DNA of 63,994 nucleotides, the filler included, from Basidioascus undulatus (Eukaryota), in the NCBI GenBank assembly GCA_000826855.1. It is 4 parts of 4 records of this genome, joined end to end, with 100 filler letters (N's around TTAATTAATTAA, not from the genome) between each part and the next. Parts side by side here need not be neighbours in the genome. Positions count along the whole stretch, not along the records: positions 1 to 16,147 come from JTLS01000604.1; positions 16,248 to 32,368 come from JTLS01000605.1; 2 more parts are not named here. The stretch is one strand, 5' to 3'. A program made the position numbers and the translations under genes. This document shows, one piece after another, positions 13,791-27,477 of this stretch. The notes under the pieces are model-generated. The model was not told the DNA's origin. It worked only from the letters and a program-made list of their open reading frames with translations, and did not search any database. Numbering within the stretch: the stretch's first letter is position 1; the number at the start of each line of letters is the position of its first letter.

Positions 13791-14699
13791 TTAGGTCTCC
13801 TCAATCGCCGGGTCCTTCCTATGCAGCTCCCGCGCCCAGTCCGGGGGCTTGTCCTTCCCCTCCTTTTCCAGCTCTTTAGCCTCCTGTCCACTCGCAGCGA
13901 CCGTGTCGGGGGCGTGCTATAGTCCATCAAATTTCCCAAAGCCATCAACACATGAACATGTACGCATGGGCGGTATCCCAACGTACCTGAGCTGGGGCAT
14001 ACACCGTGTACAACACCAATGGCGTCTGCCCCATGTTCTCGAAGTTGTGTCGCGCTCCAGCGGGCACCTGCAATATCCTCAGCACTTCAGTAACTCTGTA
14101 GAACTCCCTGATTCCTCGAGCAGAAGCGACTCACACTGACAAGGTCTCCGGCATACACCCTCGTCTGCACGCCATTTACGGTGGCCAGTGCGTTCCCTCG
14201 GACGAACGTGAGGTGCTGCAGTTTCATACTTTCCCAGTTAGTTTGCTTCCCTCTTCACACGATCCCTCCTTGCCGTACCTGGTCCGTCTGGTGCACCTCT
14301 GTTGCCCATCCATCAAGGGTCGCGTGAGCGTACACGCAGTCTCCCACTGTTCTCAACGCGGAGAGACTCACCCTCGCCGATCTCCTCTCCCACCGGGATC
14401 TTCATCACCACTAACTGGGAGTTCCTACCCGTCCACAGTACCCTCCGAAAGACGTCGCTGTCCCTGTCCCCGCACCGCTCTTCTCAGTCTCACTCCTTGT
14501 CTCCACAGCCCGCCCCGGAAAGGAACGCAACGCACTCGGCGATCTGCTCGATCTCCCTGAACACGCTGATCCCGACCGGGAGAGTCTTGTTTGGGGTTGG
14601 CAGAGGGACGTAGCGGAAGTCTTTCGAGGCGAAGGCGCGCCTGGCGGCGGACGAGTAGAGCGCTGCTACAGCTGCGGGGCGGGGGCGCCAGAATCGCAT
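13791..14699 (-). CDS. Cupin-2 barrel (RmlC-like) protein with mitochondrial-type presequence
   Basis: Five exons splice to MRFWRPRPAAVAALYSSAARRAFAS...IAEDSDVFRRVLWTGRNSQLVVMKIPVGEEIGE|EVHQTDQ|HLTFVRG..VYAGDLVS|VPAGARHNFENMGQTPLVLYTVYAPAQ|HAPDTV...EET*. Contains cupin motifs E.H..DQ and VPAG..HN. Confidence 0.85.
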
Positions 14700-15086
14700 A
14701 CTGCTGCTGCAGCTGATGAGCGAATGAGGGATTGAAGAAAAGGGGAATTGACATTGGGGCCGGAGTTGACGAAGGGTAACGATGACCACAGCTCGTCCTG
14801 AGCTTGCAGTCCTGAACCTTCCTCCCCTCTCTTATTCGAGGTTCAGTCAGCTGAAGCCGTACAGATTGGAACAGAAGGCGTTAGCCTTGCTGGACGTAGT
14901 TGGAGGAGCAGGCACCGTAATGCTGTGCAATGCTGTAAACCCAGCTTCTCGTGCGCGGGCGAGGCTTTGTACCGCCGCTGACGAGCTACCGCCACACCAG
15001 CGGCGCAGACAGAGCATAGCATGATAATGCAATGCAACGCGTTCACCTGCCGCAGGAACATCGATGCATCTTATGCACTCTATGAG

Positions 15087-16147
15087 CTATTCCGTCCGCT
15101 TGTCGCTGGCGCTCGCCTTGAGCAGTGCGACCTTGCGCATGTACCACCTCCCCTCGCACAGCGCGCTGTTACGCGATGCCTAAACATGTCAGCCCGCATA
15201 TGCAATAGTGACAGAACGGAGAGCCGAACGCACATAGTCCCTAAGCAGACCAGCCCGGCCACCGCACCCACGCCGACATGCTCCAGCAGTGCCCTCCCCG
15301 CGCCCGCCCCCACAGCCTCGTACCTCCCCTCGCTCCACCTGACCGCCCACGCGCCCAGTGCCGCAACGACCACGACCGCGGGATGTACGCCGACCTCCCT
15401 CCAGCTCAAAATACTCGGGAAGCGCCTTGCGATGTACGCGATGCTGTACGCCGCGCGACAAGCCAGGTTGACCGAGCTGGCGAGCAAGACACCGCTGGGG
15501 TCTGTGCGCAGTACGTACGCGGTCCCGGCAAAGACGGCGGACCAGAGGAGGAGAGCCTTTGAGGCGCGCGCGAGCTGGGGCGGGGAGGCGGTGGACTGGA
15601 GGTATGCTTCCGAGGTGCCGTTGAGGAACATGATGGGGAGGTGGAGGGTGTATGTGCGGAGGAGGAGCGGGGCGGAGGTGTGTGCGAAGCGGGGAGCGAT
15701 GAGGCGGAGGAGGGGGGTCGTGTACGGTGAGAGGAGCGCGGGGGCGAGGAGGAGCGCGAGCGCCTGGGTGTGCAGCAGGAGGTGGAGCAGCGGGAGGTGG
15801 GTTGTGGGCGAGGAGGGAGATCGCGAGAAGTAGATCCGCGAGGACTCTTCGAGAGGTTGGAAGAGGATGCGCGCGAGGAGGGACCCGTAGTTGTCGGCGA
15901 TTGCGTACCCGCCTTGGTCGGACAGGGTCGAAAGACGAGAGACGATCAGCTTGTCGCCCTCGGTGAGGAATTGCTTGACTGAGGACTGGAGGGTGAGCGC
16001 CCAGGCGAGGCGGAGCTGGGTTGGGGGAAACGCCGGTCTGCATGATGAGAGTGTGAGTGGGTTCGGAGAGAAAGTAGAGAGATGAGACGCACTGCCCCTC
16101 TATCCGCCTCGGTAGGAGCCTCCTCCACCTGCCCTCCCGCCGCGCCC
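15087..16147 (-). CDS. RFT1: Rft1, lipid-linked oligosaccharide (Man5GlcNAc2-PP-Dol) translocation protein; 5' part lost at contig end
   Basis: QSSVKQFLTEGDK...DQGGYAIADNYGSLLARILFQPLEESSRIYFS and FLNGTSEAYLQS, both conserved Rft1 blocks. Confidence 0.9.
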
Positions 16148-16247
16148 NNNNNNNNNNNNNNNNNNNNNNNNNNNNNNNNNNNNNNNNNNNNTTAATTAAT
16201 TAANNNNNNNNNNNNNNNNNNNNNNNNNNNNNNNNNNNNNNNNNNNN
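16148..16247. other. Artificial contig-joining linker
   Basis: 44 N + TTAATTAATTAA (stops in all six frames) + 44 N = 100 nt. Confidence 0.97.
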
Positions 16248-16788
16248 AGTAGGGGTGGGCGGCCTGGGTCTGGGGGAGCGGGCGTCAGGTGGGGGGTGAG
16301 GTTCTGGGTGGCTGATGCTGCGCTGGGATGGTGCGGCGCGCCGGCAGCTGGACTTGATCACTTGGGTTTTTCTCGCGAGACGGCGGGATACTCTGGACAT
16401 TGTGAACGATGAACAAACCAGGGCGGGATGCATATACCCTGCAGAGAGGTGCCCACGCGTGCCCAGCCGGTTCTGTATCACCTGAGCATGAGTGTTCGAG
16501 AAACTCGAATCGTGCTAGGCTGGTTCCCTCGAGTTCACAGGCTTCTTTGGAACATAGCTGCTCCACCGTGTCGAACGTCTTCCTAGGTCTCAACGAGGCC
16601 GCCTCAGCTCAGGCCGCAAGAGAGCAGGCACGGCGCCTCCGATAATTCACACACGCAGCTGGGCGCAGACCAATGACCATGACGATTTGAATCAAGCAAC
16701 AATCCCAGAAAGCTACAGAATACATATAAGGCATTCCCTTCGAATTCGATGACCTTGACCTCCATGCGAGAGCACGCGACATATCATT

Positions 16789-18437
16789 TCACTTGCGGAT
16801 GAGGATCCGGTTGGAAAGGTCTCCAACGGGAAGGCTAAATTGTTCCCAGAGTAGCGTCCAGTTCTTCAGTGCCTGTATTTGTTTAGGATAGGGAGGGGGA
16901 GCGCTTACCTGATGGGCATACCGACAGCCTCGAACAGCAGAGCGAAAAGCAAGTACCAGCCCTATAACGCGCAACGTCGTCAGCTCTTTGTTATGCGATC
17001 TCTGAAAAACAAGCTTCACATACCCCCATAGAGCACGCAAACGCGAAAGCCCCACCTGTTAAGGCACGAGGGTGCGTAAATGTCAGGTCGATCGCGAGAC
17101 AGCGCTCAGCTATGGGGAGCGGCTCACCAGCAGTGATGAGGTCGACTGCATTAGCAGACCCTCGACCGATAGCGAAATAGCCCGCGGCGAGTAGGAATAA
17201 GGCCATCATCACCGTACCGAGCTGGGCGAAACATCCGATATCAGTACTTCGGGCTGAATGCGCACGAGGGCAGAGAGTCAGGACAGAAAGCGCACAATCC
17301 AGACTAGGACCAGGTTGGTGCGGAGCGCGCAGATCATGTAGACTACGTTTAGGCAGGAAAAATAAGCATCAACTGAATATTCCGGGAAGATGTAGAAGAA
17401 GCTCGGACGTACCGAAGCAAAGCAAGCCAAAGACCAAGAGGTACCATGCCACGCCGCTATTGAAAGGCACGGAGGCCGCACCCGCTGCAGCGTCGCCAGC
17501 GGCGTATGCAGCGGTAATTGCGAACGTAGGCTGCACCAAGCTGGCATACGACCACCAAACTGCAGTTGCCTTGATCTCAGACAACGCCAAAACAGTTGGT
17601 TGAGGTTGATCACTCACAGCCGCCGAAGGTGACGACTATATCCCGAGAGGAGAGCACTTAGCACTGAGGAGAGCTGCCACACAAAAGCTTTGAAGAATAG
17701 AAACTTACAGACCACGAAAGGGAAAGCTGAATTACAAGAGTGTAAGCGAAAAGTGGTTGAAAGAGAGGAAGTCCATGCTGAGGACGCACTGTTTCCAATG
17801 AAGAACTCCAGAAGCCCAGAGATGAAGAGGCCGATACCACCAACGACTGGTGCGTGACTGTGTGTCAGTCTGGCCTGAACCTCTGTAGGACCACGGTACT
17901 CACACCAGTATGCCCCACTGAATATAAAAGGTGAACCTGTCAACAAGGTAGTGCCTGGGATGTGTGAGGTTGAAAATAAACATACACTTGCGACACCGCA
18001 GAGGTCGAGTCTGTCCCACGGAAGCCCAAAAGGTCGCCAGACAGAGTAGTAAGGACGACACAGAACGAGGCAATACCGAGCGGAGTCGGGTTGCCGAAGC
18101 TGCGAAGGAGGAGACGGCTCAACACGACCGGCACATCTGCAGCGCAAGCTGGTTGACGTACCGCTTGGGGAGGTCTCCCACCTGCCGTGGGTCGCGAGGC
18201 TGCAAGTAGAGTCTCTCGAACTGCTCGGGGGTCAAGCTGAAGGAAAAGCCTCATACTGTCAGCTGTGCAGTTTTACGGCGGTTACTGAGAAGACGTTGCG
18301 TACGTAACGGTCGACAGCTGCCGGCCGATGTCGGCGCCTGTGGTAAGAAGCCCCTCGTTAGAACCATGTCCTGCAAAAGAGCGAGAGAGAGTTGGATAGG
18401 AGTGAAATCGCACCGTAAGTGTAGTTGGGCTTGCCAT
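16789..18437 (-). CDS. GPR1/FUN34/YaaH (Ato/Ady2-like) acetate transporter family protein
   Basis: Multi-exon gene with PEQFERLYLQP, FGNPTPLGIASF, GLLEFFIGN, FPFVV, CALRTNLVLV and FSLPVGDLS..IRK*. NP(T/A)PLG is the family signature. Confidence 0.9.
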
Positions 18438-20045
18438 CGTGCAGCCCCCCCTCCTCAGCCGCCGACAGTGCGTTGTGTTTCTCCGCCATTTCTCGCTCGC
18501 TTGTTTCGTCCTTCGTAAGAGTTATTTGAGAGAGATAGAGGTGTGAAGAGTTGAGATGTGGGATTCTTAACGATTCCCGATTGCAGACATCTTATACGGC
18601 TGGCGCGGGCTGCTGGCAATTCAGTCTCGTGAGGGCCCGCGCTCTCCCGGTCCTCGCAGCCAGCCAGCAACGGCTGGCTGATCATTTGTGGCGCAGGCTA
18701 ATGGTAAGAAATTGGCAGGAGAGTTCTAAAGAAGGTTGGGCCATCTTGCAATGCTCTTCACAGTCTGGCCCTCCTGGAGCTGCAAGCATCGGGAAAGCTC
18801 AGCTGATATGGTCAGCTGACATTGCCGGTGGTGAAAGTGCAAGGCCGCCGTTTAATGGGCATTCGTCCATCCTTTTCACGACGGACAACTTCGGGAAGGA
18901 AGCCACGTCTTACAAGCGGCCTCCATACCGAAAGCAATCTGCGCAAGCTCAGGCGGTCGAGGTAAATTGGCGGCGACGCGTGACTGGTTGTGAGTTTGGG
19001 GATGGCCATCTCATGAGCCACTGATCGTTCGTGAACCGCTCGCTCTTGGGAACAGTTGAGATGTGAATTTGTGTTTGTTTTAGAGACAGTTGTTCGCGAT
19101 AAGAGACAGCGCGACCGCCCTCGGTGCAGGTGCTCATCGTCCGCACTGCGAGCAGCTCAGCGGCTGGTCATCCTTGATCGCGACAGGAAGTAGAACCCGG
19201 ATCAATGTACGCCATATTCTCTCTTCTTCCTTCAATACTTCCTACCACTTTAAGTCCAGGAAATACCATATCGAGAGCCGACTATTACACCACGACAACC
19301 ACGAATGCATCCTAGCAGCCCAACATCATGCAGCATCGTGATGCTAAGACGTATTCCACCCGCCGGGCAATGAACATCTACCCAACTCTGAACTACGCTC
19401 GAAAGGTGTTGAGGTTGTATTCAGATGGCAGGGACTGTGGGCTGATGTTCACTGTCTCAAGCCCGCGCAGCCGGAGTGTGCGGAGGCGTCCGTGTCTGCG
19501 TCTGCGATTTGGGCTGCGCTATCCGTGGCCGAAGTGCCACAATATTTTACTGAAATGAAGAGTTTTATTTGCACGATTGAGATGGAGAGCCATCCTTCGA
19601 CAAAGTGCCAGAGCTGTGGATCGGAAGACTGCCGATTGCATTGAGCTTGATCGCATCTCTTCCATGTTATCAATCCGCTCAAACCACTTCCATGTTAGTC
19701 CAGTCAGGCCATGCAAAACATGCTGGAAGGACTCACATAGGATATAAACATCTTGGGGGAACAGACCAGCGCTGAACTAATCTTTCTGGCCATGTCTAAA
19801 GCCAAGAGAGGGTATTTGTGCGGCATCGATGTTGAGTGCACGCTTGGGACTTGCTTGGGACCACATTTCGCAACGTACTGAAAACAAATCATCCAATCAA
19901 ACTTTTCGGCAACTCGCCAAAGGAGTCCAGTTAGGATGAAACCGCCTTTTTCCGTCTGTTGACTGACATCGCCATGAGGAGCATCAAGCGACACACGAGC
20001 AAGGAATATCATGTTCGGTCGGGTCGGGTCCTATTCTTCCAATTG

Positions 20046-22264
20046 TCATACAGCTGTCCGACGACGCATACAAGGACGTTCACACAAATGCACTTCCACA
20101 TCATTACGCCATTTCCCCCCTCCGGCGTCCCTCCTCATCCCAGAACTCGCCATCCTCATCGAGCAGGTCCACGGCGAGCCTGAAAGAACTTCAGCGGTCG
20201 AATCTGTCAGCTTTGTTTTTGATCGGACGAGCGACGAATGTTAAAACGAATATAGCTCACTTGAGCCCGCAGCATCTGCACCCAAAACAGCTTACCGACA
20301 ATCGGAGCACGCCCTTCCTGCCCGCCTCATCCCGACTCGGCACGCCTACTGCCACGGGGCGTCTCTCCATGTCCTTGACCTTCTCCTCCGCCGCCTCCTG
20401 CACCTCCTCTACCAGTTGCCGGGGCCCAGCACCCTGCAGCCCATAGTGCGCCACCGTGCGCTTTGCCAGCGCGCAGAGAAGCTCCAGCGCAGCCGGCGCG
20501 TTGGGCGCAGAGTCGATGATGAGCTCGCGCAGTCGGGGGCGGGGCTGAGGGGCGGTGGAGCAGAGGGGTGGCGCGAGGAGTGCGAGCGCGTCGGGAAGAG
20601 AGCCGCGGAAGGAGTAGATGGTCGGGAGAGCGGTTACGGGAACGGAGGCGAGGAGGGAGGAGGCGGAGGAGAGGGACGACAGCCGACTTGAGCGGGAAGG
20701 GAGGAAGAACGGGTCGGTGGGATCCGCGTCGGGTGTTGAGGTGGAAGGGGAGGAGAGCGAGGAGAGACAGAGCTCGTTGAGGTTTGTGAGACGAGGCAAG
20801 AGGCGCTCGAGAAGCTCAGGGGGGATCTGCAGCCGCAAATGATCGGGTGTCAGCGTCATCGCTGAGGAGTTGGCGATGGATACATTCTGAAGGGCTCACC
20901 CGAACGCGAACGATATGCAGAGCTAAGAGATTGGGGAAAGCAAGGGTCTCGTCCGCGAGCATTTCGGGCGTGATGATCGAGGATGCGTCGAACGTCACGA
21001 GGCGCTGGGTTTGATCATCGCCGTCTGTGATGCGCCGAAGGTTCGCCAGTGAGAACAGAGGTGAAGGAAAATGGCGGCTGGGATGAACTAGGTGAAGGGG
21101 CTGGTGAAAGACGTACCGATCTCCAACGTCTCGAGGTATTCGGATGAAGCGACGAGCGACGCGCGTAAGGCACCGACGACGGAAGGGTGAGGGACCTGAA
21201 CCAGCCGGGATGTAGTACTATTAGTTAAAGTACGATCAATGCACATGGATGGTTGCACGTACGTCGACACCAGACAACTCGACCTGCCCAAGATATTTCA
21301 TCGGCTGCACTTGCCAGACCTTCTCCCTCTCCCCATCGTCCCGCCCCCCACCTCCATCGACGTCCATCGCTTCGTCCTCGTCATGTTTTGCGAAGCACGA
21401 GCACCAGCGCAGGGTGAGTTTCTCCAGCGTGGGGATGGCGCTGAGCGCGCCGAGGACACCGGCGTAGCTGTCGGTCGCGAATCCGCTGGTGTCGAGGCCT
21501 TGAATGACAGGACGGGAGATGAGCGACAAGTGAGAGGAAAAAGACAGACGAGGAGGCGTACGTTCGGGGAAGAAAGTAACGGAGAAGGAGGTGAGTGCCG
21601 TGAGGCGAGGCAGGGTCGAGGAGACAGTGGGGAGCGTCCAGATTTTGTTCAGCGCGCCTTTGTCGGAGGTGGAGGAACGTGACTTGGACTGGCGGGAATC
21701 GCCGAGGGGGACCGTAAAGGTTCGGAGGTGACTGGCAGGGGATTGAAGTTCAGTAATGGATCGCAAGGGGGGCAGCGGCCGGGAAAGGCGAACTGACCGG
21801 ATGGCCGAGTTCAGCGCAGGTCGATTCTGGAGGAGGTTGAGGAACCCCGAGGTGCGGTGAGGGTTGGCGAGGCATTGAGCGGGGAGGAACTCGCACTCCT
21901 TCTGCGCCATCCACCGGCTTATCCATCAGCCTTCCGCTATTAGAGTCGTGTGAAAGGTGTTGCTGCCTACCATGACGAGCGGCATGCCGACCTCCCAGAA
22001 CAGCCTCGACACGCGGACGACGCTGAGCAGTTCGTGCACATCGAGGAACTCGAGCACGTGCGCGAGAAGCTCGACAGCGAGGGTTGCGAAGGGGTCGATC
22101 GTAGCGGCGCTGGGCGTGCTTTGGTAGAGCTCGGTGATGTGTGCGTGCGGGGGAGGGGTCGGCGTGCGAGAGGACGAAGGGAGGAGAGAGAGCGGGAGGC
22201 GTCGCATTTCCCGCGAGGACGTGGGATTGGGAGCAATGATGGTGTTCATCGGGAGGACGAGCAT
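20046..22264 (-). CDS. F-box protein with leucine-rich C-terminal region
   Basis: DPFATLAVELLAHVLEFLDVHELLSVVRVSRLFWEVG (F-box), followed by LPRLTAL, IPTLEKLTL, FPNLLAL and LPRLTNLNELCL repeats across several exons. Ends approximate. Confidence 0.78.
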
Positions 22265-23019
22265 ATTCGTTGTACGAAGAAGGCAAGTTGGGAGATGGGG
22301 TTCAAGTGACACTCGACCCAAGCGTTGGCTTTGGGAGAAGTTGAAGAGGAATCGATGTTTTGACCGAGGACGGTGCGGAGATAGATTATAAGGAACCCGG
22401 AGCGAAAGGGTCGGGCTGGGAGCAAGTCGAGATGAACGGTCGTGGGCGTGAGGGTCAGCGATAACCGTGAGCACCGGAACGGCACGATGATCCACTCCGA
22501 AAGCAAAACCACGCCAGTCGCCAGACCGGTCAGCCCAGCATCTGCACAGTCATGAGCCCGCCACCTGTGAGCCATCGCCATTTCGAGAGGTCGAAACGGT
22601 ACCAGGCGAAGTTGTGCACCGCGTCGGTCAAGGGGCAGAAAGGCTTCGGCAACACGTGTTGCCGGCGGATGTTCCGTGGATCTGGTGCAGATGTCGTAAG
22701 TTTGTTTTTTGAAGTTGAGAATCGTGAGGATGATTGGCCTTGCAAAATAAAAACTCGGATGTGAACTGAGAAATAGGGGTACTGAGGATGGAAGGAAGGG
22801 GAAGTAAAGAGCTGCCGGTCCCGCAGCTGTTGTTACCCGGCAGGCGTTCTCGCAGTCTAATCTGCCTGTAAATCCCCAACGGCGTTCTTGCCAGCCTTAA
22901 GCCCTTTCTCGATGATCGATGATAATATGGGAATCGTCAAAGCGGGCGCTCAGAGCAAGCCCCAAGCACCCACTCACACAAACCCGACTGCCCACACCAC
23001 GCATGCACTCATGCATCCC

Positions 23020-23531
23020 TCACTCGACTTCCAGCCCTCCTTCCCCAATCCCAAACTCGAACCTCCCCACAGAGTAACTCGTCCCGTCCTCACCCGGCGT
23101 CCGAAGCACGCCCACGGCTCTCTGCCTCCCGACGATCTCGCGCCTGCTCGGCTCGTCGCGCACCGCCTCCTCGAGCATCGTCCCCGGCGGAAACGCGGTG
23201 GGGAGCACCGGCTGGAGGGAGATGTGGTGAGTGAGTTTGAGTGGGCTGGGCGGGGCGCTGGGGGTGTTGGGTTTGTTGGGTGGAGGACGGAAGGGTGAGG
23301 GGTACGGCGGGGGAAGGTGCTGTGCGAAGAGGCCGGGTGGGTCGGAGGGAGAGGGAGAGGGGAGAGAAGGGAGGGCGCACATGGGGGTGGTTGGATAGGG
23401 AAGAACGCTGGCAGTGCAACGGCGGAGGTAGAGGGTGTAGGGATCGATGTGGGGTCCGCGGGCGAGGAGGAGGATGAGGCGTAGCCGTTTGGGATGAGTG
23501 GTGCGCCGTTCGCATAGTGGCCATCCATCAC
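23020..23531 (-). CDS. Small hypothetical Pro/Ser-rich protein
   Basis: MDGHYANG... exon, GTGCGC donor, possible 14-nt micro-exon, then PVLPTAFPPGTMLEEAVRDEPSRREIVGRQRAVGVL...EVE*. Codon usage looks coding; no family recognised. Confidence 0.45.
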
Positions 23532-25422
23532 CGACCCCGCGCGCGGTTACAGTCTGCCCAGTTTGGAATGTGGCTTCAATGCTGCGAGTGAACGCGTTCG
23601 ATGCGATGGCGAGGGTGAGTAGCAAAAGTGCGCGAGGGAGAAGGATGGATAAATGATGAGCGCGAGAGGCAGGACGGCGCGTGTTGCCTTGTACGCCCTT
23701 CTTTCGACGCTCGTATTACAGCTCAGACGATCAATCGCTTTCTCACTTTCACTTATATTTCTTTCGTTCTTGTATAACGCAACCAACAAAATGGACGCCC
23801 GCGTCTTCCGTAAGCGCAAAGCCCAGCGCGCTGCCTAGGCATGGCGCCATGTTCGTGAACCCGCCGACGCGCCCCAGCGAAGCGATCATCGGGGAGCGCG
23901 AGCAAAGTCCTTCGTTCGAATCTGCGGAAGCAGCAGCTTCCGCACTCAAAGCGGTCAAATCGATCGAGGACGAGGCAACGCTCTTCGTGCCGAGCTCACG
24001 TTCCTCCGGTGGCCTCCCCACCCCCACTTTTCACCCCGAATCATTTCCGCCCCACCCGTGCTAGTCTCTTCGTACGGTCCCCACTGGGTCCTAGAACGAG
24101 AAAGTCCGTGGCTGAGGCGAGGCGGGCGCGCGCGAAAAGTTGGGCAGGAGCTGATGGAACAGTGCGAAGAGGACGTGCGGGCACAGGAGGAGGGGCACTC
24201 GAGGATCGTGCGGCTTAGGACGGTGAGGATGCTGAGCGGGGAGAAAAGATTAAGTAGGCGTGGGACGCTCCTACGCTGATCGTGTGCACTCGCTAAGTAA
24301 CACGGACGGGACGAGCTCATCCTTCCATCAACACTCCCTTTCGATCCAATATCCCCACGCTCATTCCGATCCTCTCATATCCTCACGCCGAAGACCCCCT
24401 CACCCACTCGAAGACAACTCACTTATTCCGTCGCGATCGCGAATGTCCCACCGCCAGCCTTGCCTTCTCTCTCGATCGCGCACCCCATCACGCCTCAACC
24501 CTCCCCGCGTTCTCTTTCTCCTCCCATATTCTCCGCGCCGTGACGTGCGAGCCCAATCCGCCCTTACCTATCCTCCTCGTTCCCGTCCTCGCCGCACGCA
24601 AACGCTCACTGCGGTTCGCCCTCTCCTCTCCTCTCCTCTTATGTCCTCTGCGACTGAGGCGAAGCGCGCGAATGGATTATCCCAGGATAACAAACGCTAA
24701 AAACGCTTAAAAGTGAGGAAGTGCTTTGAGTTTTGGGAAGAGAGGTCGGGAGAATGCCTGTAGGCTATAAGGCAGTTGAAGACTGCCTCGATGTCGTGGG
24801 TGGTGGTTGGTTGCTCTTTCAAGTCTCCTCGATGGTGTATGCCCTCTTTGTCCTTGTTAAAAACATGTCAGGGTTCTAACCCGTCTGGACGCCGCCAGCC
24901 TGGGGATAGGTAGAGGATCACAGTGCGACGTGCGCTCTGGACAAGCAGTCGTAGCACATGCAGTGCCTGAAGCTTGAGACCGGGCTCAATTTCCTTCTTC
25001 TTCTGCTTCATTGCAATGAACCTATATTTGGTGGCTTGTAAAGTGTCCCTGGTCTGGGTATTATTTTAAGTTCCCAACACGGAAACACCGAATACGGGAA
25101 CACTTGGTGAAAGTGGGTAAAGGCAGCAGTCCACTGTTCCTTCCCGCTGAGACTCAGTAGCGAAGGTTAACTACTAACCTCTCCATCACGAACAGCCACA
25201 ATCCTGACAATGGTAGAAGTGAATTTCCCAGGTGCATATGCCCATCGCATCAAGAATACAGAAAGTAAGGTTTTTATGAAGGGTGTAATATCTGCGTGAA
25301 GATGTCAAACACACCACGTGGTTTACAACGGGTTACGGCGCCGCCCCGCAGACGGAAAGGAACACCCCAATGCTGACCCCCTTCTTGATGTCGACCACCA
25401 TCGTCTCGACTCGAACACCACC

Positions 25423-26643
25423 ATGGCTCCCACGACGCTTTCCGACCTGCCGCCAGAGCTCCTCCAGTACATCGAGAACCTGTGCTTCATATCTTCTTTC
25501 CCCCAACCAATCCTCCTCGAGCAGGAGGGCGGGCCTCAGCCGCGCACCTCGCCGGGCGCGTGGGACCACCGAGTCCAAGTGGAAGAGATGCAGGCTCCAC
25601 GCACGCTTCGGTCTCTTAGTCTGACCTGCCGCGCCATCCGCGAGGCCATGCTGCCCCTCATGTTTGGTCGAATTTGCTTTTTAGATGAGGGCGGGTCCGA
25701 AAGGCTGAGAATGGCGGGCGACTAAGTGCTCGAACGCATTCGGTTCGTGGTAGTCTTCCACCCATGTCCCAACCATAACAGGCAGTCGATGAGGGGCTGA
25801 CGCTGACGCCCCCCGAGCACTAGCAGAGAGCTGCAGATTGAATCGATCATGCCTTTCATGCGCTGGCTACATGTACTGCTTCACGGCGCCGACGACCCCG
25901 AGCCCCCCACTCCCCCGATTCCGCTCACCTGCTACCTTCCGTCCCTCACGAAACTCATACTCAAGACGATATGCGACCCGCCTGCAGGTAGAGACAACCA
26001 TGACGTTCCCCGCCCTGCGCACTATCGTCTTCGACGCCAACAACGACGTTTAAGTCGGTTATACGTTCTGCGCCAGCGGTGCAGACCCTACGCACAGAGT
26101 ATAGCGACCGAATGAGTCTGCGCTGTCTCGGCAACGTTCTTACAGCGCTCGAAGGGCCGCCGCGCACGCCTCTGCTCGTCTGGCAATGCGCCTTGACGTC
26201 TTTAGCCTTGGACGTCCTCCAGCAACTGGTGGAAAGACTTCCTGATCTGCGAGTCCTTGACTTGGCTGGGCCAAATTGCGCGCGCTTTCAAAAGGCTGCG
26301 ACCGCGCCCAGTTCATATCTCTCCCAATCATTGCGCTTCCAACTGGCTCTAACTCACATAGACGGATGTTAACAGTCCCTCACCTTTGACGCCCTCATCT
26401 TGGCTCTGAAAACCCCTCACCAATCTAAGTCGTCTGCACCTCCCCTACGCTCTGCCCGCCGACGGGCCGCCCTGGTCCGCCGACGCCCGGGCCACACACG
26501 TCGCAGCGGCTCAGCGGCTCGCCGAAGCGCTGCCGCAGCTTGAGAAGGTAGCGTGGACTCTGGACGACCTGATCGAGCCGGATGAGACGGTCGCGCTGTC
26601 TCGTTGGGCGATCTTGAGGGACGAGGCCGGAGCGGTGGTCTAA
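25423..26643 (+). pseudogene. Degenerate F-box/LRR-like gene
   Basis: MAPTTLSDLPPELLQYI...LRSLSLTCRAIRE..LPLMF, then in-frame TAA at 25723-25725. Frameshifted downstream pieces include LPSLTKLIL, FPALRTIVF and LPDLRVLDL. Confidence 0.68.
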
Positions 26644-27477
26644 GTGAGCAAGTCGTCCGGCGGGTGGTGGACGATGAGCTCCGACGGACCCTTGATGAGT
26701 AGGCGAGGCTTGTTGGTCCGGAAGTGCATGAGTGCTCAAACAACTTGATGATACCCGTCCTTTTTCTCTCGGGTGTTCAGCGTCTACTGCAGAGCGACGA
26801 AACGCCATGGCAGATCAATGCAGAAGTGAATGGCCTATTTCCTTCTCTGGCTGAAATAACCTACCCGGAAGTGGACTGCAAGTCAAAACATAAAGGAATC
26901 AAAATCCTGACCGAGGGCGCCTAGCTTTGTTCTCGCTGGTGGCTGGAAAGGCCAGACGATCCGGGGGCTGTTTCCACGCCCGGAACGCACGTTTCATTCG
27001 CCGCACTAGTCTTCTGAACACCACAAGTTCAGCTCGGTATCCGAGAGGTCGAGCACAGTTTCCTATGGCCGTGCCCATCCTCTTCTAGTACAGATCAACT
27101 AGCTTCCTCCCCTGACAGCGTTGCTTTCACGTTGATGAGTAGCAGCACACCTCTGTACCATATGTCCACAATCAACTTATCCACCTCAAGCCAAAATGTG
27201 TAAGTCTTTTACACGTCTCTGGCGCATAAGTCAAGTCAACGTCGACCTGCAGGACGCGTCTCGAGGTGAGACGCATGATCATGCTGCTTCCTCCCCACAA
27301 GGATGAGAAGGGCACTCTGAACCGCGCCATTTCAGAGTTGAGCAGGCAATTTAGAGAGCGTGTAAATCACGATATGTCTTTATGTGTCGGCGCTTTATGA
27401 GTCTACTGTCAACCCTATGCATTCACCCGTTCCTCCCTTCCCTCTCCCCGCCCACCTCGCCTCGCACCCCAGGCACC

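Noticed and set aside
14500..14600. LPVGISVFREI as the start of an AAA-ATPase-like domain
   Set aside because: Splicing joins it in frame to a clear cupin domain, and there is no Walker A motif.
16192..16203. TTAATTAATTAA palindrome recurring every ~16.2 kb as a biological periodic element
   Set aside because: Always centred in 88 Ns; it is a synthetic six-frame-stop spacer.
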